Of a DNA stretch of 32,000 nt, positions 8,965-18,450 are shown one piece after another (the first letter of the stretch is position 1; every line of letters begins with the position of its first letter). Source of the DNA: an uncultured archaeon (lineage in GTDB: Archaea > Asgardarchaeota > Jordiarchaeia > Jordiarchaeales > Jordiarchaeaceae); contig CAZECW010000018.1 of NCBI GenBank assembly GCA_964510585.1, positions 5,634-37,633 on the forward strand, read 5' to 3'. The notes under the pieces are model-generated. The model ran no database searches and was not told where the DNA came from. It worked only from the letters and a program-made list of their open reading frames with translations. The position numbers and the translations under genes are program-made.

Positions 8965-10916
8965 TGTTTTCCCTCCAATATTTTTACTATTTTTTTACGG
9001 AGAACTTCAGCCACTACTTTTCCGTCAATTTTGCCTCTTACCTTTTCCATCACTTTGCCCATCATGGGACTAAACGCCCTATCCCCACTTTTTTCTATAA
9101 AGTCCCTGCTTTCATAGAGCATCTCGTCGATTATTTTTTCAAGTTTCTCAACTGTAATGGTTTCCAACCCTAATTCTTTAAGGGCGTCACTGACACTAAT
9201 TGAGGGGGATTTCGCTAGTTCTTGTAGAATGTTTTCCACTGCTTCTTTTGCTATTTTTCCTTCTGATAGAAATTTGAAAACATCTTTAATTTTTTCTTCG
9301 GAGATATTGTCTGTTCGGAAGCCCTCCCTCTCCAGAGATTTCATGGTTTGAAGCAAGGTTACAACAACAATTGTTGGATCTATTTTGTATTTCTCGACGA
9401 TATCCATAAACAATTCCATTTTCCCTGACGCCATTAATTCTTCTACGAACTCTTCTTTTATCTTGTACTTTTCAGCAAGGCGTTTCTGAGCCACCCAAGG
9501 ATATTCAGGTAACCTCTTACTAATTGCTGCAACCCTTTCCTTTTCTATGACCAATGGGGGGGTATCTGTATCGGGATATAAACGCGCCCCGCCATGTAAC
9601 TCTCTTAAAAATTCACTGTTACCATTTTCTAACGCTCTCCTAGTTTCCCTCATCACGCCCTTCAGGGCGCCCTTAGCCCTATCAACAACATTCTCCAAGG
9701 CCTTTTCCGCCGTGTCCGCATCACCTATAACGATTGCGTAAGCATCCATTTCCCCCAGTGCAAGAAGATCACGTATCTGGGAGTTCTCCTCCGCACTGAT
9801 GTTATATTTGCTGAGGTTTTCATCAGAGTGAATGATGCCTTTTAAACCAGTGATTATCATAACTTTCTCTGCTATTTCTTTTCCAAAACTCTTCCCTGGC
9901 TGAATCTCTTTAGATAAAAGTCCCGCGAATTTTGGAAGTTTTACCGCTAATACGGTTTCATTAGCCTTCCTATTTTTGATAATCTTACATTTGGTGGAGG
10001 CGAAAATCTGGGAAACATCTTTAAAATCTTTAGAGAAGTCCGTTTCCTTCACACCACGATTCAACAACTGATTCTTAATATCAATTAGTGCAAGTTGTCT
10101 CAGTACTTCATTCTCAGCCAGTTTAGGTATCCAATCCAATTTTTGTACTCCTTTAATTTCCACACGCTCTCCGCCCTCTATACTCACATTTAAATCCTGC
10201 CTAATGGTTCCGAGCCCCCTCTTAACCTTCCCTGTCGCCCTGAGAAGCATTCCTATCCTGTAAGCTACTTTGAGAAGCTCTTCTGGATTTTTAATTTCAG
10301 GCGCCGTAACAACTTCAACCAGAGGTATACCTAATCTATCAACCCTGTAATAAACAGTGCTTTGCTCCTCACGGATTTTCCTAGCCGCATCCTCCTCTAT
10401 ACAAATAGTAGCTACTCCAACCTTCCTACCATTAATTGGAATGTAGCCCTCTGTTCCAATAATTAATGTACGCTGAAATCCACAAGGAACTGACCCGTCA
10501 AGATAATTTTTGCGAAGGACATGTAACTCGTCTATAATCTTTGCATTAAACAATAGGGCAATTTCTATACCTATATCTATTGCTTCCTGAGATATGCTAA
10601 AAGGAGGAGTTTAATGCTTGTATGCGTCCTACATACAAGTTTCATCTATCTCGTAAGTACAATTAACATCATCAAATCCTTCATAAACAATTGTACGCCC
10701 CTTTTCATACTCAACAAGCATTGCTTCGTCATACTTACCCATCTCGCCCAAAACAGGTCTAAAGAATCTTTTAACCAGAAACTGTGGTTCATCGGTCTTC
10801 AGAACAGGTTTACAGAAGCAAAAAAGTTTGCGACTGGTTAAAAGCTCCTGGTGAATCTCGATCCCGGCCTTGAATCCCAGTTTATCATAGTCGAGTTGTA
10901 TTGCGACCACCTCCAT
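8961..10916 (-). CDS. gatE: Glu-tRNA(Gln) amidotransferase subunit E, interrupted by a 30-nt intron; join(10641..10916, 8961..10610)
   Basis: ORF 10629..10931 (DYDKLGFKAGIEIHQEL..KLFC) and ORF 8961..10553 (RK..DGS..GFQRT, YRVDRLGIPLVEV, GGARLYPDTD) share one frame. Removing 10611..10640 gives ...YEIDETPPFSISQEA... and about 640 aa. Start is ATG 10916 or ATA 10901. Confidence 0.93.
10611..10640 (-). other. BHB-type mRNA intron in gatE (30 nt)
   Basis: mRNA reads GAUG-AA^A-CUUGUAUG-UAGGACG-CAUACAAG-CAUU-AA^A-CUC. The 4-bp helix is GAUG/CAUU, both bulges are AAA, and the intron stem is 8 bp. Cutting after the 2nd bulge nucleotide removes exactly 30 nt, including in-frame UAG and UAA. Confidence 0.88.
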
Positions 10917-11089
10917 TTTTGGAGTTTTCAAATTATTAGTAGATTATAGCAATATTAATAATACCCTTTACCTCATAAGAATGTATCATTCTAAAAACAT
11001 TTTCCTTAGAAAAATTCAAAGTATTTATAACTAATTTTGTAACTTAGTCAAATTAACACTCTAACTATCAGCCAAGGTGATAAAAATTC

Positions 11090-12697
11090 TTGAAGACACC
11101 AGAACCCTCTCAAACATGGAAAACGGCAGCTTACAGCGAAATAATTAAGCAAATTCTAAATAATAGGGAAAAAGGCTTAGAGCTAAACATATTGAAAAAA
11201 AGGGTTTGCCAAAAGTACCACCTAAATAAGGTTCCCAGTAACTCAGAAATTCTCAGTTACGCCTCGGAACAGGAAAGACAACTTTTACTACCTTTACTTC
11301 AAAAAAAGAAGGTACGTACAATTTCAGGTATTGCAGTAGTAGCGGTAATGTCCAAGCCTGCTCCCTGTCCCGGCAAATGCATCTACTGTCCGGGTGGTAC
11401 TATTGCACCAAAGTCCTACTCGGGACAAGAGCCTGCAGCCATGAGAGCTATTCAAAATAACTTTGACCCCTACTTACAAGTGAAATCCCGGCTTGAACAG
11501 CTAAAAGCCATAGGCCACAAAGTGGACAGGGGAAAAATTAAGCTAATAGTGATGGGAGGAACTTTTCTCTCTCTCCCACAAGACTATCAACACTATTTTG
11601 TACGTAGATGCCTTGAAGCAATAACTGGCGTCCCCTCTGAAACTTTGGAGGAAGCAAAAAGAAATGCTGAGCATTCCCGCATAAGAAATATAGGAATAAC
11701 CTTCGAGACCCGACCCGATTATTGTAGAGAAGAAAATGTTGATAATATGCTTAACATGGGTGGCACCCAAGTTGAGATAGGTGTTCAAACAGTTTATGAT
11801 GATATTTACAAGCTTGTTAACAGGGGCCACACAGTACAAGAGGTGGTGAAGGCCTTCAGGATAGCTAAAGATGCAGGCCTTAAAGTAACAGCACACTTAA
11901 TGCCAAATCTCCCGGGAACCAATTATGAGAGAGATTTGGATATGTTTAAAACGGTTTTTAATGATCCGAGGTTCAAGCCAGACGGCCTCAAGATATATCC
12001 CTGCTTGGTGCTTAAAGATACACCTCTCTATGATTTATATCTTAAAGGGGAGTATAGCCCTTACCCCACGGAAGACGTTATCAAGCTCATTGCTGAAGTC
12101 AAAAGAATAATTCCAAAATGGATCCGTATCCAACGTATTCAAAGGGATATCCCCTCAAAATTAATTGTCTCAGGTGTAAAGAGCGGTAATCTAAGAGAAC
12201 TAGTTGCTGACGAGCTAACCAGAAGAGGATATAAGTGCCAGTGCATTAGATGCAGAGAAGTGGGCCATATATTAAGAAAAAATAATAATATTTTAGATGT
12301 GGACGAGGTAGTTTTGCACACTGAGAGGTACTCCGCTTCTGAAGGCGAAGAAGTTTTCATATCCTACGAAGATAAAGATAGAAATATTTTAGTTGGATTT
12401 TTAAGACTCCGCCGCCCCTCACCTTTAGCCCATAGGCCAGAGATTCAGAATTGTGAATCAATGATTATTAGAGAATTACACGTCTACGGTCCACTAGTGC
12501 CCGTCCGTGAAAAACCAAATGATGAGTGGCAACACCGAGGATACGGCAAAAGGTTACTTAGTTTAGCAGAAAAAATTGCTAGGGAGGAATATGATGCCAA
12601 AAAGATTCTAGTCCTCTCCGGCATAGGCGTTAAAGAGTACTATTATAAACTAGGATACAAACCAGACGGAGTCTACGTTTCAAAAATGTTAAATTAA
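11090..12697 (+). CDS. elp3: Elp3-family tRNA U34 carboxymethyltransferase (radical SAM + KAT/GNAT domains)
   Basis: CPGKCIYCPGG radical SAM motif, MGGTF, ETRPD, DGLKIYP, RELHVYG, QHRGYGKRLL; TTG start after AGGTGA. Confidence 0.96.
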   Translation: MKTPEPSQTWKTAAYSEIIKQILNNREKGLELNILKKRVCQKYHLNKVPSNSEILSYASEQERQLLLPLLQKKKVRTISGIAVVAVMSKPAPCPGKCIYCPGGTIAPKSYSGQEPAAMRAIQNNFDPYLQVKSRLEQLKAIGHKVDRGKIKLIVMGGTFLSLPQDYQHYFVRRCLEAITGVPSETLEEAKRNAEHSRIRNIGITFETRPDYCREENVDNMLNMGGTQVEIGVQTVYDDIYKLVNRGHTVQEVVKAFRIAKDAGLKVTAHLMPNLPGTNYERDLDMFKTVFNDPRFKPDGLKIYPCLVLKDTPLYDLYLKGEYSPYPTEDVIKLIAEVKRIIPKWIRIQRIQRDIPSKLIVSGVKSGNLRELVADELTRRGYKCQCIRCREVGHILRKNNNILDVDEVVLHTERYSASEGEEVFISYEDKDRNILVGFLRLRRPSPLAHRPEIQNCESMIIRELHVYGPLVPVREKPNDEWQHRGYGKRLLSLAEKIAREEYDAKKILVLSGIGVKEYYYKLGYKPDGVYVSKMLN

Positions 12698-12822
12698 ACC
12701 GCTCCATTTTCTTTAGAGAACTCTCTGCAAAAACTTATCTTAGTATCTTTGCTTTACATTAGATCTTCAGGGGAAAGGTTCTTCTACCCAATTTTTCACT
12801 GTGCAGCAGGTAAAGAAGGTAT

Positions 12823-13191
12823 TCACTTTAGCTCAGACACTTTTTTCGCTATGTCATTAATCAAGTCCTTCGCGTTTCCCGGATCAATTATACTTGCAGC
12901 CGCAGAGGGAACATCTATACCTGCGGCAATGCCAATCTGTTCTTTGCTGTGAACATATACATAGGGAATTTTCTTTTCCTCACATAGCAATGGCAAATGT
13001 GCTACTACTTCGGGAGGATCTACATCCTCCGCCAGAATAACTAATTTAGCTTGCCCACGTTCAATGGTCTTAGTCGTCTCATTTGTGCCCTTTTTAATCT
13101 TACCGGTATCACGCGCAATCTCCAATGCTTGCAAAGCCTTTTTAACCAGTTCTTCTGGAACTTGGAATCTCACATAAAAGGGCTTCGACAA
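12823..13191 (-). CDS. rpl7ae: Ribosomal protein L7Ae (K-turn-binding protein)
   Basis: [48 protein letters not shown]; TTG start 8 nt after GGAGG. Confidence 0.98.
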   Translation of the reverse strand: MSKPFYVRFQVPEELVKKALQALEIARDTGKIKKGTNETTKTIERGQAKLVILAEDVDPPEVVAHLPLLCEEKKIPYVYVHSKEQIGIAAGIDVPSAAASIIDPGNAKDLINDIAKKVSELK

Positions 13192-13199
13192 CAGTCATT

Positions 13200-13230
13200 C
13201 CTCCTTCAGGCAGCGCCCTCATCATATGGT
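13200..13230 (-). promoter_or_regulatory. Box C/box D K-turn-like motif in the rpl7ae 5' leader
   Basis: Minus strand reads CCAU-AUGAUGA-GGGCGCUGC-CUGA-AGGAGG. Box C is at 13219-13225 and box D at 13206-13209, directly abutting the Shine-Dalgarno. Confidence 0.55.
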
Positions 13231-13365
13231 GGGGCTTCGCTTTTTTTGATTTTTAATGAGAAACAAGTTAACATACTTGGCTTATGAAATTTTTGGTTCA
13301 GGAGCATTTTTCACAAACTTAGGTTGAACCGCATCCCTTATTCAGTTGATTTTTCTCAGAAATAG

Positions 13366-13881
13366 TTAATCAGATAGGAATTTAAGAACCTCGTTAAATG
13401 CAATTTTAAACCACACAGTATATTTTTCGGGATGTTTTTCCACATTTTTTTTAAGGGTTTTCACATTCACCCATTTATAATCTTCTGCCTCCATTGGATT
13501 TACTTCAACTTTTCCATCATAATTACCAACAAAAACATGATCAAACTCATATTCCGTAAGATTATGATCAAGATTAGCCTTATATATAAAAGCGAATATT
13601 TTTTTCAAATCACAATCAAAGCCCATTTCTTCTTTTAGTCTTCTATGAGCAGCTTGTTCCGTGTCTTCGCCGGGTCTCGGATGACTACAACAGGTATTTG
13701 ACCACAGACCACCAGAATGATATTTACTTTTAGCCCGTTTTTGGAGAAGAGTTTCCCCCTTGGAGTTGAAAACAAATATGGAAAAAGCGCGGTGTAATCT
13801 CCCTTCTTCGTGTATTCTCATCTTTTCCCCAGTACCTATCTCGTTATCATTCTGATCCACAAGGATTACCATTTCACTCAT
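13366..13881 (-). CDS. idi: Isopentenyl-diphosphate delta-isomerase, type 1 (Nudix fold)
   Basis: LHRAFSIFVFN, WSNTCCSHP (catalytic Cys), EYEFDH and YTVWF motifs of IDI-1. Confidence 0.94.
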   Translation of the reverse strand: MSEMVILVDQNDNEIGTGEKMRIHEEGRLHRAFSIFVFNSKGETLLQKRAKSKYHSGGLWSNTCCSHPRPGEDTEQAAHRRLKEEMGFDCDLKKIFAFIYKANLDHNLTEYEFDHVFVGNYDGKVEVNPMEAEDYKWVNVKTLKKNVEKHPEKYTVWFKIAFNEVLKFLSD

Positions 13882-14066
13882 ACACCTTGCCTCCTACACA
13901 CCTACACTTTTCTAAACCATTCTTTGATTATGGGGAGAAGTTTTACTGCTAAAATGTATTTTATTATTTTTGAATCTTGTTATTTCATCATTATCTTGTT
14001 TTAAATCTCTCTTTTTGTTTACCTCAAGCCTTTGCTTGCAAGCCTTAAATCATGAGATAATTTAAC

Positions 14067-14873
14067 TCATCTCCGGTTGCATATAAGTGTTCCTAAATCC
14101 TGTTTGCCAAGTAGAGATTGGAGGATGTAACCATCCCTTTTTGCATTAATAATTTCTATTTGAATTCCTTTTTGAGCTAAGGGCAAGATCTCTAATATTT
14201 TACGATGCATGCCTCCCGTAACATCGGTTGTTTTGGATCCCGAAATGTTTTGTAGGGTTTTTTCGATGTTATCTGTAGTAATTGAACGGATTAATACCGC
14301 GTTTCTATTTGTGTTGGGATCAGAATCAAATACTCCATCCACATCGGTTCCAAAAACCACACGTTTAACATTTAAGTTCTGTGCCAAAAATGCCACGATG
14401 TGGTCGCCGGATAATATACTGTGACCTTGTTTTTCATCAAAAACAGCATCACCCCACAGCACCGGTATACAACCCATATCCAGAGCAAATTTCACAGTTT
14501 TAGTATAAATTTCTGATATTTTACCACCGCTCTGAATAGAAATTGCGGAGGGTTGTAGCGGTATGGCAGGCAATCCCAGGCTTTGTAGCTCCTCTACAAG
14601 TATAAAATTTAGTTTACGCATAACCTGAATGGTTTTAGTGAACCCAAATATTTGGTTCCTAGACTTTAAACCCAGATGAATATTGTACTTATTTGCAATC
14701 CTATGTCCGAACGACCCCCCTCCATGAACTAGAACTATTTTCAAATCAGGACTCTGTTTCAAGGCGCTCTCAATTTCTCTACTAATTCTCCTAATGGTTT
14801 TAAAATCAGCTTGCATCTCCCTATCTTTTTTTGTAATAACGCTACCACCCAACTTAAGTATAACAACACTCAT
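14067..14873 (-). CDS. ipk: Isopentenyl phosphate kinase (amino-acid kinase family)
   Basis: KLGGSVIT, VHGGGSFGH, GDAV...SGD, DVTGGM motifs; located next to mvk. ATG at 14873. Confidence 0.92.
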   Translation of the reverse strand: MSVVILKLGGSVITKKDREMQADFKTIRRISREIESALKQSPDLKIVLVHGGGSFGHRIANKYNIHLGLKSRNQIFGFTKTIQVMRKLNFILVEELQSLGLPAIPLQPSAISIQSGGKISEIYTKTVKFALDMGCIPVLWGDAVFDEKQGHSILSGDHIVAFLAQNLNVKRVVFGTDVDGVFDSDPNTNRNAVLIRSITTDNIEKTLQNISGSKTTDVTGGMHRKILEILPLAQKGIQIEIINAKRDGYILQSLLGKQDLGTLICNRR

Positions 14874-14987
14874 CAAAACCTCTCCCTGAAACAATTATTT
14901 TCTATTCAGCACACCTAATTGACGAAGATATTTCTGACTCCAAAATAATTGTAGCAAGTAAACTATCCTTATTTTATACAGATATTT

Positions 14988-15948
14988 CTATTCTACTTTT
15001 ACTCCCTGCTGTGAAAAGTTGGTAATAATGGGTTTACCTCCCGCTTTTAGTATAGCATCCGCTATTTGTTTCTGTTTATCTTCTGAGGAAAGAGCGATCA
15101 TACAGCCTCCTCCGCCCGCGCCTGTTAACTTTGCGCCATACGCTCCATTCTCTCTAGCGGCATTTATTAGTTTGTTAAGCTCAAAAGTGGATACTCCAAT
15201 TGCTTCTAGCAATCCCTGGTTTATGTCCATTAATTCTCCAAGTGCGCGAAAATCATTCTTGTCTAAAAGTTTTAGGCCTTCCATAACAATGAGCCCGATC
15301 GATTTAATAATTGGCTTCATTATTTTTTCTTGCCTTTGCTTTCTTAATCTCACCCTTCCAACCCATTCTGCAGTGCTCCTTTTTATACCTGAGTCCCCAA
15401 TCACAAGGGGAATTTCGGCTTTTATTTTAACCTGCTTCATATTTCCCTTCTCGTAAAGTATTGCGCCACCATAGGTTGCAATTGTGTTGTCGATCCCAGA
15501 AGGGGTTCCATGGACGGTTTTTTCAGCTCCAAAGGCTATACTTGAAATTTCAGAGTTTGACAGATCTAGGTCCAGACAAGCATTCATAGCCGCGGCAGTA
15601 GCTACAGAAACCGCCGCAGAAGAACCCAACCCAGCGCCTGGAGGTATCTCTGATTTTATTGAAATATCGAAGCCTTTATGTAAGCTAGTTAGAGAAGAAA
15701 TCTCCTTGCAAACGGTCCATACTGGTTTGAAAATTTGGGGTAAATGGGGAGGAGGGTGACTTTTATCAATTTTAAACTTTGCCGCCTGATCATATTCCTT
15801 TGAGTAAACTCGAGATATTTTCTCGTCACTCAAATTAACAGATACATAAACACGTTTATCTATAGAAGCCACTAAAGCGGGCTCACCGTAGACAACAGCA
15901 TGTTCACCGAAAAAAAATAACCTTTCCGGGTGCAGAGGCGGTCACCAT
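14988..15948 (-). CDS. mvk: Mevalonate kinase (GHMP family), +1 frameshift in a T8 tract near codon 12
   Basis: ATG 15948 gives MVTASAPGKVI. After A8 at 15910-15917 (+ strand) the next frame continues FGEHAVVYGEPAL...PPGAGLGSSAA...HGTPSGID...GAKLTGAGGGGC. Length is 961 nt (3n+1). Confidence 0.9.
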
Positions 15949-16033
15949 GTTTAACACACCCATAATTAGACGTCGCAAGCCTTCTAAAAATTGTTACTAT
16001 TCAATTAAAATTTAAAATAATAATCAGCACTCA

Positions 16034-16645
16034 TCACTGTCTCCTAACTTTGGCTTCAAATTCTTCTACAGAAACGGGTAGCTGCCCGTCGGGTGGAATT
16101 TCTCCTCTCTCCCTGAGAACTTGCCGGGCTAATAGCCAGTATATTAGAGAGAGAGCTCTACGCCCCTTGTTATTGCTTGGAATAACCAAATCAATATTCT
16201 CAGTAGAATTATCGGTATCGCATAAAGCAACAACTGGAATTCTAGCTTTGGCTGCCTCACTCAATGCCTGTGAATCAGCCCTAGGATCAGTAAGCATTAT
16301 AACATCTGGCTCAATATATCTGTCGAAAGACGGATTAGTGAATGTTCCCGGAATGAATCTTCCCGCAATTGTATTAGCATGAATTATGCTGCTAAACTTG
16401 CGTACTGGTCTTTGACCATACTGTCTAGCTGACACGACGGCTATTCGGGCAGGTTCAAATCTCGCTAAAAAGCGACCGCCAATTCTTATTCTCTCATCTG
16501 TTTTTCGGATGTCGAGAACATAAAGTCCATCAGACCTTACTCGGTAGATGAAGGGCTCCATGCTCTTCGTTTTGACCTGAGTTCCAATATGGACACCCGC
16601 AGCTAGATACTTATCCAATGGGATTAGCAGTTCCGGCTCAGACAT
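16034..16645 (-). CDS. rps2: 30S ribosomal protein S2 (uS2)
   Basis: [32 protein letters not shown]. Confidence 0.98.
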   Translation of the reverse strand: MSEPELLIPLDKYLAAGVHIGTQVKTKSMEPFIYRVRSDGLYVLDIRKTDERIRIGGRFLARFEPARIAVVSARQYGQRPVRKFSSIIHANTIAGRFIPGTFTNPSFDRYIEPDVIMLTDPRADSQALSEAAKARIPVVALCDTDNSTENIDLVIPSNNKGRRALSLIYWLLARQVLRERGEIPPDGQLPVSVEEFEAKVRRQ

Positions 16646-16720
16646 TACTTAACACGCTCTAAATCGTGATTTGATTTTGATGTCTAGTCAAATAAATTTT
16701 AAACCTAAAAATTTTGTGGA

Positions 16721-16921
16721 TTAGGTATGTTGACTAAAGGGAATTACATCATCAATCAGATTAACATGACTTAGTAACATACGTCTACAACAATACCTTG
16801 TAAGTCCCATACTAGTTAAAACGGCATCGGGCGGCTCTCCTTGTCTTACTCTCCTAAGAAACTCTTCCCATTTGTCTCCTACCACTTTTCCACATGTAAA
16901 GCATCTTATGGGTATTATCAT
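16721..16921 (-). CDS. rpoN: DNA-directed RNA polymerase subunit N (Rpo10)
   Basis: [12 protein letters not shown]...[11 protein letters not shown]; ATG at 16921. Confidence 0.97.
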   Translation of the reverse strand: MIIPIRCFTCGKVVGDKWEEFLRRVRQGEPPDAVLTSMGLTRYCCRRMLLSHVNLIDDVIPFSQHT

Positions 16922-17064
16922 AAATCCAATCACCATTAAAAATTTAGGAATACTGACTTTCCCAAGTACACAAGATTATATATAGCTTACCACATTAACA
17001 TTATTTGGTTGATAAGCGAATAAATATGAGACCTCCATAATTTCCTCATCCCAGGGTGGACTGG

Positions 17065-17475
17065 TTACCTATAACTTTTCTGTTCTTTTGCTCGGGCGCC
17101 CCTTCCTCCAGGTTTCTTAGGTTCCTTCCGTCTTGGGTCTGAAACTAGAATTTTTCTATCATACTCTAAAAGTTTTTGTCTTATTTGAGGGTCATCGAAA
17201 TATTGAGTTAAGGCCTTCGAGATGGAGGTTCTAGCTGCTTCCGCTTGGCTAATCACTCCTCCACCCTTCACAGTAACATCTATGTCAACTTTATTATATA
17301 AATCAGGGCCTACAAGGAGTAAGGGTTCCAGTACCTTTTGGCTAGCTAGAAGCGGTTGCATTAGATTAATGGGGATGTTATTAACTCTAATTTTTCCCGT
17401 ACCAGGTTTTAAGACCGCCCTAGCTATTGCATTTTTTCTTTTTCCACTTGTTAATATTACTACTTTTTTACTCAA
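17065..17475 (-). CDS. rps9: 30S ribosomal protein S9 (uS9)
   Basis: GKRKNAIARA, V.GGG..SQAEA, DPRRKEPKKPGGRGARAKEQKSYR; TTG start. Confidence 0.98.
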   Translation of the reverse strand: MSKKVVILTSGKRKNAIARAVLKPGTGKIRVNNIPINLMQPLLASQKVLEPLLLVGPDLYNKVDIDVTVKGGGVISQAEAARTSISKALTQYFDDPQIRQKLLEYDRKILVSDPRRKEPKKPGGRGARAKEQKSYR

Positions 17476-17491
17476 TATTATTCCTCCAAGA

Positions 17492-18031
17492 TTAGATTCT
17501 GTCAGATGGAGGTACCCATCCTATTTCTCTGGAAAGTGTTTCTACTGTGATGTAGCTAGAGTCCGTTTTTTTGACATGTGCATCAGTAATTGTTTGAGCG
17601 GAAACTTGGCTGTAAAATTCAGGAGTTCCTATGTAAACTCTCAGACGCTTATAGGCTGCTTTTCCTTTAGGTTTCTTCCAAGGGAGCATGCCCCGAATGG
17701 TACGTTTAACTATCCTATCGGGTCTACGATAATGAAAAGGCCCCTTCCAAGGAGCGGTATGTGTTCTGATTTCTAATCTCGATTTATATTTAGATATGAC
17801 TGCGCTTCTCTTGCCAGTAATTACCGCTTTCTCAGCATTAATAATCGCTATTTTTTCGCCTCTCAGCAGGCGATTGGCAACCACACTCGCTAACCTTCCA
17901 AGAATTAGGTTAGTAGCATCAATTACCGCTAAATTTTCGATTGGCAAATAGTCTCTGTTCTTCTTTTCCTTTGGTTTCTTTATCGTTTCTTCCAATTTGG
18001 CCTCTTTTCCCTCTTCTGACATTTCGCTCAC
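17492..18031 (-). CDS. rpl13: 50S ribosomal protein L13 (uL13) with a charged N-terminal extension
   Basis: VIDATNLILGRLAS, RRPDRIVKRTIRGMLP. Start is GTG 18031 or ATG 18022. Confidence 0.96.
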   Translation of the reverse strand: MSEMSEEGKEAKLEETIKKPKEKKNRDYLPIENLAVIDATNLILGRLASVVANRLLRGEKIAIINAEKAVITGKRSAVISKYKSRLEIRTHTAPWKGPFHYRRPDRIVKRTIRGMLPWKKPKGKAAYKRLRVYIGTPEFYSQVSAQTITDAHVKKTDSSYITVETLSREIGWVPPSDRI

Positions 18032-18035
18032 TCAT

Positions 18036-18401
18036 CTATTTGATTATTTTCACCTTAGTACCGGAAGGGTTTCTTTTAATGAGCTCTTGAATGGTTATGC
18101 ATTCCCCTCCGGATTTTTTAGTTTTGTTGACAGCCTCTTCAGAGAAGGATAATGCTGCTATGCAAACCTTATGTTCTAGCTCTCCTGAACCTAAAACCTT
18201 TCCAGGCACTAGAACTGTATCATCATTGACGGTGTGTCTATTAATTTGGGACAAGTTTACAGAGGTTCTGTTCCTTCTAGGTTTTCTTAACTCTTCTGAG
18301 ACTCTTTTCCATATCTTACTTTTCTCTGATTTTGATTTTTTCTCGAGTTCAACTATTAATTTCCAAATTTCGGGATTTGTGGGTCCTGTTGTTTTAGGCA
18401 A
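18036..18401 (-). CDS. rpl18e: 50S ribosomal protein L18e
   Basis: TNP..., VNLSQINR, VLVPGKVLGSG, FSEEA. TTG at 18401, 7 nt after GGAGG. Confidence 0.95.
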   Translation of the reverse strand: MPKTTGPTNPEIWKLIVELEKKSKSEKSKIWKRVSEELRKPRRNRTSVNLSQINRHTVNDDTVLVPGKVLGSGELEHKVCIAALSFSEEAVNKTKKSGGECITIQELIKRNPSGTKVKIIK

Positions 18402-18450
18402 CTTTAGGCCTCCGCTTTTTATTGTATCTTTCAAAGCAAATATGGGCTTT

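Noticed and set aside
10625-10631. Pyrrolysine read-through of the gatE UAG
   Set aside because: A second in-frame stop (UAA) follows six codons later, and read-through would leave 10 extra residues in a conserved motif.
8961-10931. gatE as a pseudogene or naturally split two-gene system
   Set aside because: Both halves are intact and in one frame, and the interruption is exactly one BHB-shaped 30-nt unit. Splicing explains this better than decay.
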